A stretch of DNA of 64,000 nt from Octopus sinensis (GCF_006345805.1 NC_043006.1:44888001-44952000), one strand, 5' to 3'. Positions 39,436-52,756 are shown, counted from the first letter of the stretch. The notes: generated by a model from the sequence alone, not told the origin. Numbers and translations are program-made.

Positions 39436-42400
39436 AGTTGAGTAATAATATTTTCTACTCTAAGCACAAGGCCCGAGGCTTTGGGGGAGGGGGCCAGTCG
39501 ATTAGATCGACCCCAATACGCAACTGGTACTTAATTTATGGACCCCGAAAGGATGAAAAGCGAAGTCGACCTCGGCGGAATTTGAACTCAGAACATAAAG
39601 ACAGGCAAAATACTGCTAACTAGTTGAGTTATAATAACAAAAGAAATGAAACAGGACCAATGTGTCTGTTTATTATTGGCCTAATGACCTTCCTGAGATA
39701 CAGCAAAATATGTTTCAATACACGAGTTCACATCAAGAACCTTGCAAGCCAAGTACAAAAAACAAAGTAAATCAATATATCCAGAAACAACAGTGGCTAG
39801 AAAGACAAAAGGGTATTCCCTGAGATCATCTCATGTGGGAATATAAAATTACAAGCAAGTATCGTGGTAAACAAGCATGCAGGAAGAGATGGGAAATGAA
39901 AGGAAAAAATATCTCAGTCGTTGAAAAGAAAAAACAAAAGTGGAGAGACAGTTGCTACGGAAATATAAATAGGAAAAAGAATAAAAATCAAGATGCAGCC
40001 GAAAGGAAAGAACACTTGAAACGAAAGATCTTGCTAAACAACGATAAATCCGTCGATATGAAAAACGACAGCGAATATTCGAACACAACAAACACTTCGA
40101 CTTCAAAACAATTTTTAGGAATAAATAGGTTAAAAATATATCAGTAATCAATGCATCACCAAGAAAAAGTGATGTATAAATATAGAATTTAGAGAAATTT
40201 TACGAGAGAAAAAGTGTTCAAAACAACGAACAGCTGTGGGAGACCGTAACAGCCAAAGAATTTCAATCCAGACGCCACTAAAAAACGAACAACTTAAGGC
40301 ATCTGGAAGTGATATAATCCAATACTTCTACTTGATTTGTTTAATAGACATGCTGAAATGATGGTAAACATATTTAACAACGTATTGACGTAAGTAGAAA
40401 AGCAAGTGAATGGCATACAAAGAGAAAACAATCAATTAACAATTAGTGAAAGACAGTAGAAAGAGAAAGTATGTTTAAATATTGGCACTAGGCCAGCAAG
40501 TTTAGGGGAGGATGTGAGTCAATTACATCGACCACAGTGCTCAACTGCTACTTATTTTATCGACTCCGAATGAAGAAAAGGCGGAATTTGAACTCAGAAC
40601 GGGAAGCCGGACAAAATGCTGCTAGACATTTTGCCCGGCTTGTTAACGATTCTTTTTTACTCCAGGCATAAGGCCCGAAATTTTGGGGGAGAGGGCCAGT
40701 CGATTAGATCGACACCAATACGCAACTGGTATTTAATTTGCCGACACCGAAAGGATGAAAAGCAAAGTCGACCTCGGCGGAGTTTGAACTCAGAACATAA
40801 CGGCATTTTGCCCGGCGTGCTAACGATTCTGCCAGCTCGCCGCCTTAAGTAGAGTTTAAATATTAAATAGACTTACAACAAGAAAGATGTTGTCGTGTTG
40901 CCAACATGTCAATATGAGAAACAAAACTATAGAACCAATAATAAACGGATGCAGTAAGTATATCATAAATCCAAAAATACCAACATAAGAGGAAGATCTA
41001 AAGACAAATCACATTCCTATGAGAATAGGAATATCCCAAGGGTATATCTGCTCTCCCCTCTTATTCATGTTATACTTTACTGAACTTGAATGCAAATGTT
41101 TTGGGAGAACAGTCAATCATCTTTTATATATAGACAATTTCAAGTTGAATGCTGTCGATAATAAACGACTTGAAATCCTGCTGTAGATGGGAGACCCTCT
41201 TCGGTCATGAGTGAACATGGGATTGCAACTAGAAAGTAACCCTTCGAGGTAGAAGTCCGGGCAAGGTTGTTTATGGAAGGCCAGCAGTCGCCCATGCATA
41301 CCAGCCTCCCCTCTTCACACCACTGATGTTATCCAAGAGAAAGGCAAAGGCCGATACAGCTTGGCACCAGTGATGTCGCAACTCATTTCTACAGCTGAGT
41401 TAACTGGAGCAACGTGAAATAAAGTGTCTTGCTCCAGAGCACAACACGCAGCACGGACCGGGTATCGAACTCACAACCTCACGATCGTAAGTTCGACACT
41501 CTAACCACTGAGCCATGCACCTTCACGAGCTGTAGATAGTTTACTAATTAATAGTGGAATGGATTGAAATTCGATTCGTGTAAGAATATGGTCCATAACA
41601 GCCTTGAAGAGAGGAAAATAAATTAAAAACGCTAATAACATGTGAGATAAATTATCGCAGAAGAGAATTAAACCAATTACAGATTTATCAACAGTTAGGA
41701 ATTAATTATCTGAACAAGTAATTGAAAGAAAAACGGTTTAGATGCATTAGGTTAATCCTTGAATCAGAGCTAAATGCAGAATTAAGATAATAGGCATCAA
41801 TTTTCAAGCTCCAATACCTATTTCTTTACTACCCACAAGGAGCTAAACACAGAGAGGACAAAAAAGGACAGACAAACAGATTAAGTCGATTATATCGGCC
41901 CCAATCCGTAACTGGTACTTAATTTATCGACCCCGAAAGGATGAAAGGCAAAGTCGACCTCGGCGGAATTTGAACTCAGAACGTAGCGGCAGATGAAATA
42001 CCGCAAAGCATTTCGCCCGGCGTGCTAACGTACCTACCAGCTCGCCGCCTTTCTCAAGCTCCAGTACCATCTATGAAAATATTCGTTGTTGGTGGTGTCA
42101 CGATAGATGTAACTCAGACTTTATTGGAATTAAGTTTGTGACCTAAAGGTCACAATTGAAAAAAAAAAAACTTCTATAGATTAAAATGCAAATATTTATT
42201 ATGAAAATATTCGCTTTAAAATATCTAATCACACTACCAATATAAATAAACTTCTGAACTGAAAGGAATGTATCAAGTTACGAGAAAATAACTTTTGAAT
42301 AGTTATAACCAGGATTTATTATTGATTTGTTGAAACGCTATGATTGAAATTGATAATTGTTCATGCACCGATTCCATCAGCAATGCATAGGATTGAAACT

Positions 42401-42649
42401 GCAATTTTCTAGAGAATTTTAATAAAATCTAGTCATAAAATGAAAAGCGAAAAATTAATAATTGTAGGAAAATCGTTGGTGAATATATGTATTCTTCTGA
42501 AGTGGCTGTGTGGTAAGTAGCTTGGTTCCGGGTCCAGTCCCACTGCGTGGAACTTTGGGCAAGTGTCTTTAACTATAGCCTCGGGCCGACCAAAGCCTTG
42601 TGAGTGGATTTGGTAGACGGGAACTGAAAGAAGCCCGTCGTATATATGT

Positions 42650-42728
<79 letters not shown>

Positions 42729-44919
42729 TTGTGTGTGTGTGTTTGTCCCCCCAACATCGCTTGAAACCGATGCTGGTGTGTTTACGTCCCCATAACTTAG
42801 CGGTTTGGCAAAAGAGACCGATAGAATAAGTACTAGGCTTCCAAAGAATAAGTACTGGGGTCGATTTGCTCGACTAAAGGCGGTGCTCCAGCTTGGTCGC
42901 AGTCAAATGGCTGAAACAAGTAAAAGAGTAACATATTTTGAAGTGAAGATTTTGATATTTAAAGTATTCAGGTATTTAACTTATATAATCCTTTCTACTA
43001 TAGGCACAAGGCCTGAAATTGGGGGTGGGGGATGGTCGATTACATCGACTCTAATACTCGACTGATACTTTTTTTCTTGACCCCCGAAAGGATGAAAGGC
43101 GAAATCGATCTCGGCAGAATTTGAACTCAGAGCGTAGCGGCGGATGACATGCTGCTAAGTATTTCACCTGGCGTGCTAACGATTCTGTCTGCTCGCCGCT
43201 TTAATATTTAACTTATATAACGAGAAGGAGACTGTTCACTGGGGTATGCCAAGTACATATTATTAGTCCATACTGTTAGTTCCTACGTGCCTTTCACCGT
43301 CGTGGTTGTTTGGATCCCTGCATTAGATACTCTAAGTGCGTTTAGATGCTTAACCACAACGGGTTGTCAGGAAGCACTTTACTGCATTATATTACAGAGA
43401 ATATTTAGAGCTAGGTAGATAGCGAGGCATTTTATAAGTATTTTGAGAAAGAAGTAAAGAAAAGCAACTGGCAAAGAAAAGAAGATGACTATATGCCTTC
43501 TTGTATGAATCTATACTTTTGTACATCAAAAAGGTGTGTTTAGGATTAGTTCTTTTGAAATACACAAAATGTCCTTCCGAACCTATCCTTTGTGAGAACA
43601 TAACCTACTCATATTTATGTATATCTTTATCTTTTATCTTTTACTTGAAAAATCTCAGTTGAACTAAAAAAGGTCCCAGTACTTATGTTTTTTTTTTAAA
43701 GCTTGTACTCATTCTGTCGATTTATTTTGCCGAACCACTAAGCTATGGGCATGTAAACACATCAGTATCGGTAGTCAAGCGGTTGTTGGGAAAAAATACC
43801 GACACAAAGACACATATGCATGTAGATATATATACGACGGGCTTCTTTCAGTTTCCGTCTACCAAATCCACTCGCAAGTCTTTGCTCGGCCCGCGGTTAT
43901 TGCAGAAGACACTTATCCAAGATGCCACACAGTGAGACAAAACTCGGAACCATGTAGTTGGGAAGAAAACTTCTCACCGCATGTTTGTATTCGTTTTCCA
44001 ATCTCTTGGTTTCAATCAATGTTAACTGACCCCGCTCCACTTTTTGTAACCTCTTACTTCCCTGTTCCGCTCTCGTCTGCTCTCGTTGATCACTATATAT
44101 AAGCTTTCTCTGTTTCTTGGTATATTTATTTTTTTAGTTATCCCTTCTATTTATGATATTTTTACATTTTGTCATCCCTTTTATGATTGTATAAGATTTT
44201 CATTCCTTTTTTTCTTTCTCATCTTGTTTATTGTTTCTCTTTTTTTCTCTTTCTTTATTTTCTGATTCTCTGTATTCTTTTGTATTTTCTTTCTCCTTTT
44301 GCCCCTCCCTTTCTCTTATTTCTTTGTCTCTTTTATGTTTCTCAGCCAATTGATTTCTTTCTACTTCCTTCTGAAAATATTTATAGAATGCCTGACCATC
44401 TTACCCAACTCTAGACATTAGTTCTCTGTAACATAATGTGATAAAGTGTCCTTCTGATGATCTAATGTGTGCATCCAATTACACTTAGGGCATCCAATAC
44501 GGAATTTCAAACAACTAAAATAGTGAAGCATACGTATGAGCGAATAATATAAACTTACATTTATCGTAATTTCTCATACATCTGTTCTTTATATCATAAC
44601 TAGTAATATTACCGAATATTGTAGTTGCTTAACCACCATATTGGATGCAGACTGGATAATGATACGTTGAGGTTTAAACTTAATAGTAGCAGTCGTTCAT
44701 ATATTTGTGTTCACAAGATACATGTAAATGCATATGCACGTCACATATTACATAGATTACTTTCAATATATTAGAAAAGCGCAAAAACACAAAACCTTTT
44801 GAAGCCATTGCAGATAGTCAAGGCAAGCGGAGCTACTCCTAATTGTGCAAAAAAAGCGCACTATTAAAATAAGATTTCTGTAAAGAAAGAAACAACAACC
44901 CAAAAGGTAATAACAATAC

Positions 44920-45020
44920 CATTAGAAGAACTGGAGTAACGAACTTCCAGCAAATTCTCCAGTAGAAACCAGGACGGAAACCAAGCATCGTTTCGATATC
45001 ATCACATAGTTGTCTGACAC
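44920..45020 (-). CDS. SLC6 exon (101 nt), TM11: (G)VRQLCDDIETMLGFRPGFYWRICWKFVTPVLLM
   Basis: Acceptor cctttacag|, donor ATG|gtattg, phase 1-0. Confidence 0.95.
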
Positions 45021-45138
45021 CTGTAAAGGAAGAATCGGAAGAATAATTAATCAACAGAGGACAATAAACTAAGCGATGATAATGGTATGCAGACTGCAAT
45101 ATATATTGTAGATGAAAGAAAAATGACATAGATCTTTA

Positions 45139-45678
45139 GATGCCTTGCAAACAACTTGCACACGCAAGTGCTACCAGTCAAAAACTCTGCATACCGGAAG
45201 CCAGCAAGTGTTTGGGGTCATCAGGAGAGAATGCGCGCCGTTTCGGAGCCAACCTCTCGACGGCATCAATGTGCACCGGCTCCCTTCACTGATATGAGGC
45301 CCCGCTTGCTAGATCAACTGGTTATTTAATAAAGCTCGCTATTTCTCTAGCCATTGCTCATCGTCTCTTTTTAATCAAATCCAGTGGCTAGCCTTCTCCA
45401 CTGTAGATTGGATATCGATCATGGTGGTATTGACTTTACGATGAGTTAGGCCTAACGATAACAACAGTCGTCTCACTCTGTGTCCAACGAACCCTCTACA
45501 TCCGACTTCGATTGGAAAATGTTTTGCTTTCCAGCCTGCGTCTTCACATTCCTCAAAGAGGTTTACATAACGGCCAATCTTTCGAGTCCGAGCGGCGTCC
45601 ATATTGTCTTCATGAGGAACCGTTAACTCGACTAGATTTACAACTTTCCTTCTTTCACACCGCATCAAAATGCTATGG
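45139..45678 (-). mobile_element. 5'-truncated HERO/NeSL-like RLE non-LTR element flanked by a 46-bp direct repeat
   Basis: VELTVPHEDNMDAARTRKIGRY..L..EC..AGWKAKHFPIEVGCRGF; direct repeats at 45091-45136 and 45679-45724 (42/46 identical). Confidence 0.8.
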
Positions 45679-46718
45679 AGACAGCAATATATATTGTAAA
45701 TGAAAGAAAAACGTCATAGATCTTAATAAATTACATAGATCTTACATAGATTCATTACAAATGAAAAGCGAAAAATTCTTAAAGATCTATTTAAGATCTT
45801 TAAGGATGCACTTTTAAAATGCAATAAAACGAACCCAACCCGATCTTCGCATTTATACTTCAAATCTTTCTTTCTTTCTCTTTTGTTTTTCTTTAAATGC
45901 TTAACTGGCAAATTTGATGTATATCCTATTTAATCAGTTTCTAGACATATTTCCAATGAATTGATTATCTTCATACATTTGTGTGTATACATGTGTGTGT
46001 ATGTGTGTGTGTGTGATATGGAAAGCAATTGTGTTCTAGCTTTATTTTTCAAATCAATTTTTCCCCCATATTTTCTGGCAAGTTCCTTGTAGTTTATTGG
46101 AACAATAAAGCTTCCATAGCCATATTCACGTTTCTAGTTCTTTATAGTTTAAGCTCATGGATGAATAGAAGTGGTGTGTACCGCTGCCGGTTCATTATAA
46201 ACGGAACCAATGTGATTGGTGCAGACATTACTGCCAAAATTTGAATTTCTTGGCACCTGACTTACATATATATATATATATATATGAGCTGTATATTTTT
46301 GTTTGTAACATGTATGTTATGTGTTATCATCACAGTTACCTATGTGTAAAGATAATTGATTAACAAACGATAATATATCTGTTCTGCCAGTCACACAAGG
46401 GACAAAATAGTTTATATTATTTATAAGATATCTGAAGCAATGTTACATAGACGTACAATAAATCTATATTTTATACAATATTTATGTAGATTTACAAGAA
46501 ATGCATGAGTACACTATGTTTTAAACTCTAAACTCAGTTCAGATGCCCATTTATGGCCTATTTTGGTGGTGAATTTTGAATTTCGTAGATATGTGTTTTC
46601 AATACAACATAATTACCATCATCCATCGCTGCCTAGCACAAAATGAATGCAGCAACAATGTGCTCCTATCATCATCTCATTCTGTGGATGTGGCCGAAAA
46701 GGTCTTAAAACGTTAGAA

Positions 46719-46915
46719 CAGTGGTTCCCAAACTTTTTAGAGTCGCGACCCACTATTTATCACACCAGTTTATGACGACCCACTTAACTCGATAGACTAT
46801 CTCGATAGACAGCAGTTAATCAAAGCTAATGCGTAATTTTATAACTTTTTGCGACCCACTAAGATTCCGTTTGCGACCCATCTGTGGGTTGCGACTCATA
46901 GTTTGGGAACCACTA
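46719..46915. mobile_element. hAT (Charlie-like) MITE
   Basis: TIR cagtggttcccaaact / agtttgggaaccacta; 8-bp TSD cgttagaa / cgttagag. Confidence 0.85.
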
Positions 46916-47792
46916 CGTTAGAGGACTTGGGAACGTTAATGTTCTAATCTAAAAATAGAGGAATTATAAGGAAATATGAAAATATTTAACAAAATATCTT
47001 TAATACTGTGCCTTCTTGCTTTTAGACAACACGGACACACAGTCTGAACTGAGCCAAAGAGCAAGCCTCTTCATGAGCACTCGACCTGATTGAAATAGTT
47101 ACCAAATTTCCTTCATTCTGGTTGTGCGCACCCGAGATCACATTCGATAATACACACGGGGGTACATGGCCAGAAAAAAAAGACGGTATAGAGAGGGAAT
47201 TAATATTGGATGAGAACTGTCCTATGGCTAAACAATAACTACACAAACAACAACAGCTTTAATTCTATCCAAACTTTAGTACTTTAGTTACCCTGTGAGT
47301 TTGTCCTTATTTAAGGGTTATAAAGTTTTGAAATACCAAAGAGAGTAATTTCAATCTTGTAACACCTTCACTAGTAGCGTCTGATCATAGTCTATATCTC
47401 TTTAACTGAAATCATTAATTTTTGTCTAATAATAAAGACAATCAATTGTGTCTGTCATGTAAATTACACGTAGGTATACTGCTGCACTCAGCCATAATAA
47501 ATTCACTTGAACCAACTGGTCTATATAATAACAAATGATGGTCTATACTTGTATATACAATAATGTTAGAGTGTGGCGTGTGATCTGCCCTTCAGCGTCA
47601 GAGCTACACAACTCTCAGTTATAGTGAAAAAACAAAAGCTACACTAATATTGAAACAATAATTTGTATCACAAATTTTAATGTTGCGTTTATTTAATATC
47701 TATGTAATTTTCTTTTATCATATTACTGTTTTCATAAACGCAAACATTTAATGTGGCCTATCTTGCTTAATATATCGACAGGTAACTGTTTT

Positions 47793-49880
47793 ATCATTAT
47801 CATCATCATCATCATCATCATCATTATTATTATTATTATTATTATTTTATGTTTGACTTTTGCTTTGCATTTGTACAAGTTGGCTCCAAGTCTCACCCAG
47901 AGACCTCAAGAGACAACAAGTTGGAAGTTCATGTTGGTGTTATGCCTAGGGTGGCATATATTTGGTTTTGTACACAGTGTTGTTGTAGAGAATGTTTAAG
48001 AAACCATAAGAAAATTATGTTTGTTTTAAAACTTGAGATTACATAGAAAGTATTTTGCGTAGGATATGAGCAGTTCCCATGAGCACTATCTTTTGAATTT
48101 CTGCCATTTTGGGGTTTTCTAGTATCTGAGCTAGGTAGCAATCAGCCCCTTTTGCTATCATTCCCAGGGCACCTATGACAACAGGTATTGTTTTAGTTTT
48201 CAGATTCCACATTTTGCTCATTTCTATTTCAAGATCTTTATATTTGCTCAGTTTTGGTAGGTCTTGACAGATACGTTTATATCGATTGGGACAGTCATAT
48301 CAATGAGGAGGCATGATTCTTTTCTGAAGTCTTTCAAAATGATGTCTGGCCTATTCGCATCTATCTTTCTGTCAGTTTGAATGGTGAAGTTCTAGAGGAG
48401 TGAGATGTGATCATTTTCAAGCACCAGTTTCTATCATGGGGCAAGTCCAGGCCTTTGCAAATTACCCAGTGAATATATTGTGCAGCTCTATCATGCCTGT
48501 TGAGATATTATTATTATTATATTATTATTATTATTTTATGTTTGACTTTTGCTTTGCATTTGTACAAGTTGGCTCCAAGTCTCACCCAGAGACCTCAAGA
48601 GACAACAAGTTGGAAGTTCATGTTGGTGTTATGCCTAGGGTGGCATATATTTGGTTTTGTACACAGTGTTGTTGTAGAGAATGTTTAAGAAACCATAAGA
48701 AAATTATGTTTGTTTTAAAACTTGAGATTACATAGAAAGTATTTTGCGTAGGATATGAGCAGTTCCCATGAGCACTATCTTTTGAATTTCTGCCATTTTG
48801 GGGTTTTCTAGTATCTGAGCTAGGTAGCAATCAGCCCCTTTTGCTATCATTCCCAGGGCACCTATGACAACAGGTATTGTTTTAGTTTTCAGATTCCACA
48901 TTTTGCTCATTTCTATTTCAAGATCTTTATATTTGCTCAGTTTTGGTAGGTCTTGACAGATACGTTTATATCGATTGGGACAGTCATATCAATGAGGAGG
49001 CATGATTCTTTTCTGAAGTCTTTCAAAATGATGTCTGGCCTATTCGCATCTATCTTTCTGTCAGTTTGAATGGTGAAGTTCTAGAGGAGTGAGATGTGAT
49101 CATTTTCAAGCACCAGTTTCTATCATGGGGCAAGTCCAGGCCTTTGCAAATTACCCAGTGAATATATTGTGCAGCTCTATCATGCCTGTTGAGATATTAT
49201 TATTATTATATTATTATTATTATTTTATGTTTGACTTTTGCTTTGCATTTGTACAAGTTGGCTCCAAGTCTCACCCAGAGACCTCAAGAGACAACAAGTT
49301 GGAAGTTCATGTTGGTGTTATGCCTAGGGTGGCATATATTTGGTTTTGTACACAGTGTTGTTGTAGAGAATGTTTAAGAAACCATAAGAAAATTATGTTT
49401 GTTTTAAAACTTGAGATTACATAGAAAGTATTTTGCGTAGGATATGAGCAGTTCCCATGAGCACTATCTTTTGAATTTCTGCCATTTTGGGGTTTTCTAG
49501 TATCTGAGCTAGGTAGCAATCAGCCCCTTTTGCTATCATTCCCAGGGCACCTATGACAACAGGTATTGTTTTAGTTTTCAGATTCCACATTTTGCTCATT
49601 TCTATTTCAAGATCTTTATATTGCTCAGTTTTGGTAGGTCTTGACAGATACGTTTATATCGATTGGGACAGTCATATCAATGAGGAGCATGATTCTTTTC
49701 TGAAGTCTTTCAAAATGATGTCTGGCCTATTCGCATCTATCTTCTGTCAGTTTGAATGGTGAAGTTCTAGAGGAGTGAGATGTGATCATTTTCAAGCACC
49801 AGTTTCTATCATGGGGCAAGTCCAGGCCTTTGCAAATTACCCAGTGAATATATTGTGCAGCTCTATCATGCCTGTTGAGA

Positions 49881-49912
<32 letters not shown>
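47793..49912 (-). repeat. Tandem triplication (689-bp unit) of a 5'-truncated R4/Dong-like element, units separated by (ATT)n
   Basis: Units start at 47847, 48536 and 49225; each encodes RPDIIL...CLLIDMTVP...KYKDLEIE...GTAHILRKILSM*. Copies 1 and 2 look identical; copy 3 has three 1-nt deletions. Confidence 0.92.
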
Positions 49913-49917
<5 letters not shown>

Positions 49918-49997
49918 TTTATTGTCATCCTGGCTAGATTTGTAATGTTGTTACTATCTTGAAAGAGAAAAATCATGGTAGCTTTTTTGAAACTTAC

Positions 49998-50097
49998 CGT
50001 AAAGCCAGCTGACGCCAATGGCCTGGAAAAGCACAGCCACTAAAATTGATGTACCCGCAGCAAATGTGTCGAGAATTTTGAAGACGTACATTCCACC
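49998..50097 (-). CDS. SLC6 exon (100 nt), TM10: [33 protein letters not shown](G)
   Basis: Acceptor actttag|, donor TACG|gtaagt, phase 0-1; the [10 protein letters not shown] motif is NET/DAT-type. Confidence 0.95.
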
Positions 50098-50118
50098 CTA
50101 AAGTTTTTGAAAAGAAAG

Positions 50119-50172
<54 letters not shown>

Positions 50173-50903
50173 ATATACACACATACATATGTGTTGTATA
50201 GAGGTTGACATTGGCAACATAAAGATATGAGTCTGATGACTTATTGGTATCTAGTAAATCTATAACAAGTCGCCCAGGTAGAGTCCATCCAACATTGAAG
50301 ATTCAATGGAAGTTAAAAATCCTCTCTATATATAGATTACCTGTATCTCGACAGAACTTACTTATAGCTTGGTGAATTAATTCTCTTGACTATTAAATAA
50401 AATATATTCAGCTACAATATTGAAACGATTTATTCTGTCGTTTATGATTTATATATATTATTTATACAATACTTGAAACAATGTTATGAAGTGCTATAAG
50501 ATATTCTTTTCTTCTCTAGGCACAAGGCCCGAAATTTTTTGGGAGGAGGCCATTCGATTAGATCGACCCCAGTAGGCAATTGGTACTTAATTTATCGACT
50601 CTGAAAGGATGAAAGGTAAAGTCGACCTCGGCGGAATTTGAACTCAGAATGTAAGTAAAGACAGACGAAATACCGCTAAGTATTTCGCTCTGCATGCTAA
50701 CGTTTCTGCTGGCTCGCCGCCTTGAAGTGCTATAAGATATTGCCTAAACATATTCAATATTATATAACTTTACGGAGAGTGCTTGAGTTTAGATTCTTGT
50801 TTGTCGTAATTGTACTTCACTAATACCATAAATAAACTTTTGACTATACGTTTGCAGAAATTCAACGACTAGTGAAAGGGAACAGATTTAAAATTATACT
50901 TAC

Positions 50904-50949
50904 TGTTGTCACACAAGGTAATGAGAAAAGATAAGCTGATCCTACAACG
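50904..50949 (-). CDS. SLC6 exon, TM9, only the 3' part visible: ...VVGSAYLFSLPCVTT (5' part lost in the N gap)
   Basis: Donor ACA|gtaagt, phase 0; a hydrophobic peptide in the expected position between the TM8 and TM10 exons; the sequence runs directly into Ns at 50950. Confidence 0.85.
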
Positions 50950-51049
50950 NNNNNNNNNNNNNNNNNNNNNNNNNNNNNNNNNNNNNNNNNNNNNNNNNNN
51001 NNNNNNNNNNNNNNNNNNNNNNNNNNNNNNNNNNNNNNNNNNNNNNNNN
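50950..51049. other. Assembly gap (100 N)
   Basis: Run of n. Confidence 1.
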
Positions 51050-51248
51050 CTTTGGACAGATTCCTTCAAGAAATCCCGGATAAACCCCCTACCCCGGATA
51101 TGTCTCTGTAAACAATAACTCTCTACTTGAGTGGGCCATAGTGCCCAAATTCTGACTTGAAAGACTTCACCAAGGTGGTGCTATTAAAAGTTAGACATGG
51201 CCTGGGCCAATAATGGCCGAAACCTATCAAAGTATCAAAGTATCAAAG
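51050..51248 (+). mobile_element. LINE 3' end (CR1/Jockey-like) with (tatcaaag)x3 tail
   Basis: LDRFLQEIPDKPPTPGY...NSLLEW reading, followed by a short-unit tandem tail. Confidence 0.6.
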
Positions 51249-51253
51249 TATAT

Positions 51254-51299
<46 letters not shown>

Positions 51300-51300
<1 letters not shown>

Positions 51301-51582
51301 ATTAAACTATGGTTGCCAGAACAAACAAATACAAGGTCATCCAGGTAACATTTCATATCTCGAACATTTAATCACATAATGCTTTTTCTTTCACATATAA
51401 AATCACGGAAAATGAAACACAAGATGTGTTTCATCTTCCGTGATTTTATACTGTATACTCTATGTGAAAGAAAAAGCATTATGTGATTAAATGTTCGAGA
51501 TATGAAATGTTACCTGGATGACCTTGTATTAGTTTGTTCTGCAACCATAGTTTAATATATTTGTCTCATTTAATTGAGCACT
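51300..51582. mobile_element. Near-perfect foldback element, ~120-bp arms with a 3-nt loop
   Basis: 51300-51421 versus the reverse complement of 51425-51557; few mismatches plus one 12-nt asymmetry. Confidence 0.9.
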
Positions 51583-51639
51583 TCTATAGCAGTCTTATTA
51601 AACATTTTGTTCCTGATAAGAAACAATCACTGTATTATT

Positions 51640-51697
<58 letters not shown>

Positions 51698-51727
51698 TGT
51701 ATGTATGTATGTATGTATGTATGTATG

Positions 51728-51766
<39 letters not shown>

Positions 51767-51824
51767 CAACTCAAAAGAAATCTCCGCTTATTTCAATTTT
51801 AATGCTAGAAAACATTGTACTTAC

Positions 51825-51937
51825 CGCACTGTCCAAACCTAGAGTTAGCAACATAAGAAAAAACAGAATCGACCATGCTGTCGAACCAGGCAAGGTAGAA
51901 ATTGCCTCTGGGTAAACTATGAACACTAAACCAGGAC
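51825..51937 (-). CDS. SLC6 exon (113 nt), TM8: (G)[37 protein letters not shown]
   Basis: Acceptor tttcttttaag|, donor GCG|gtaagt, phase 1-0; Na2-site LDS motif. Confidence 0.95.
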
Positions 51938-52553
51938 CTTAAAAGAAAAAAGATATAGAACAGCCGAAATATTTAACGAATATTTAAAAGAATATCAAAG
52001 ATAATAAGTTAAAATTAATGGTGATATTCAGCTTAACGAATGCCCTGAACGATGAGGTGTGGTTCGGTTGGCATCTCCGTCACTAAATAACACACACACA
52101 CACTCACAAAATTGCTCATTGATATGAATAGGGCGTTTCGATTTCGGCTTTTAAAATCCAGTTTTCATTATTTACCAAATTAGTCACAGGCAATTTACAG
52201 TTGAATAAAGGAGGTAAATGGTATATTATAAAGCTTCTTCCCTTTCTTGAAAAGTCAAGATGTATTTAAGAAAATTATAACATTCATCTTGTTTTTAATC
52301 CAAGTAATGAACAGGGGTATTCTCGTTATGCAATTAGCTGTTGAGTAGAAAAAGCGTAATCTAAGATCTTTAACAGAAAACAATACTCATGTTTCTGTTT
52401 AATATATGGAGAGATGGAATACAACACATTGCTCTTTTTACATATTAGATTTATATTTTTATAATTCTAGTGATTGTTACCACTTCAAAATTGTTGCTCT
52501 CAGGTATTTTAATTTTAGAGATTGTCTCAAATTTCAACGGAGTTTGAACTCAC

Positions 52554-52678
52554 CTTCAGTAGCAACCTCTGATATATTCTTGTTGGTTTTATACGCCATA
52601 TAGCCGAGGTAGGAGAAGATTACAAAACCAGAGAATATACTGGTAAAACTATTGATGACAGCAGTTATCAAACAGTCC
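52554..52678 (-). CDS. SLC6 exon (125 nt), TM7: [41 protein letters not shown](G)
   Basis: Acceptor cttttgcag|, donor AAG|gtgagt, phase 2-1; the Na1/Cl residue motif N-x-x-x-S is present. Confidence 0.95.
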
Positions 52679-52756
52679 CTGCAAAAGTATGCGAGATTTT
52701 AGAGCTGCAGGGAATTTAATAAACTTTAAACATCATTTTTTATGGTTAAAAACATA

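Noticed and set aside
45210-45255. GAAAC...CTGATGA in the HERO-like 3' UTR (minus strand)
   Set aside because: Stem II strands (ctcc versus cccc) do not pair and there is no properly placed NUH triplet.
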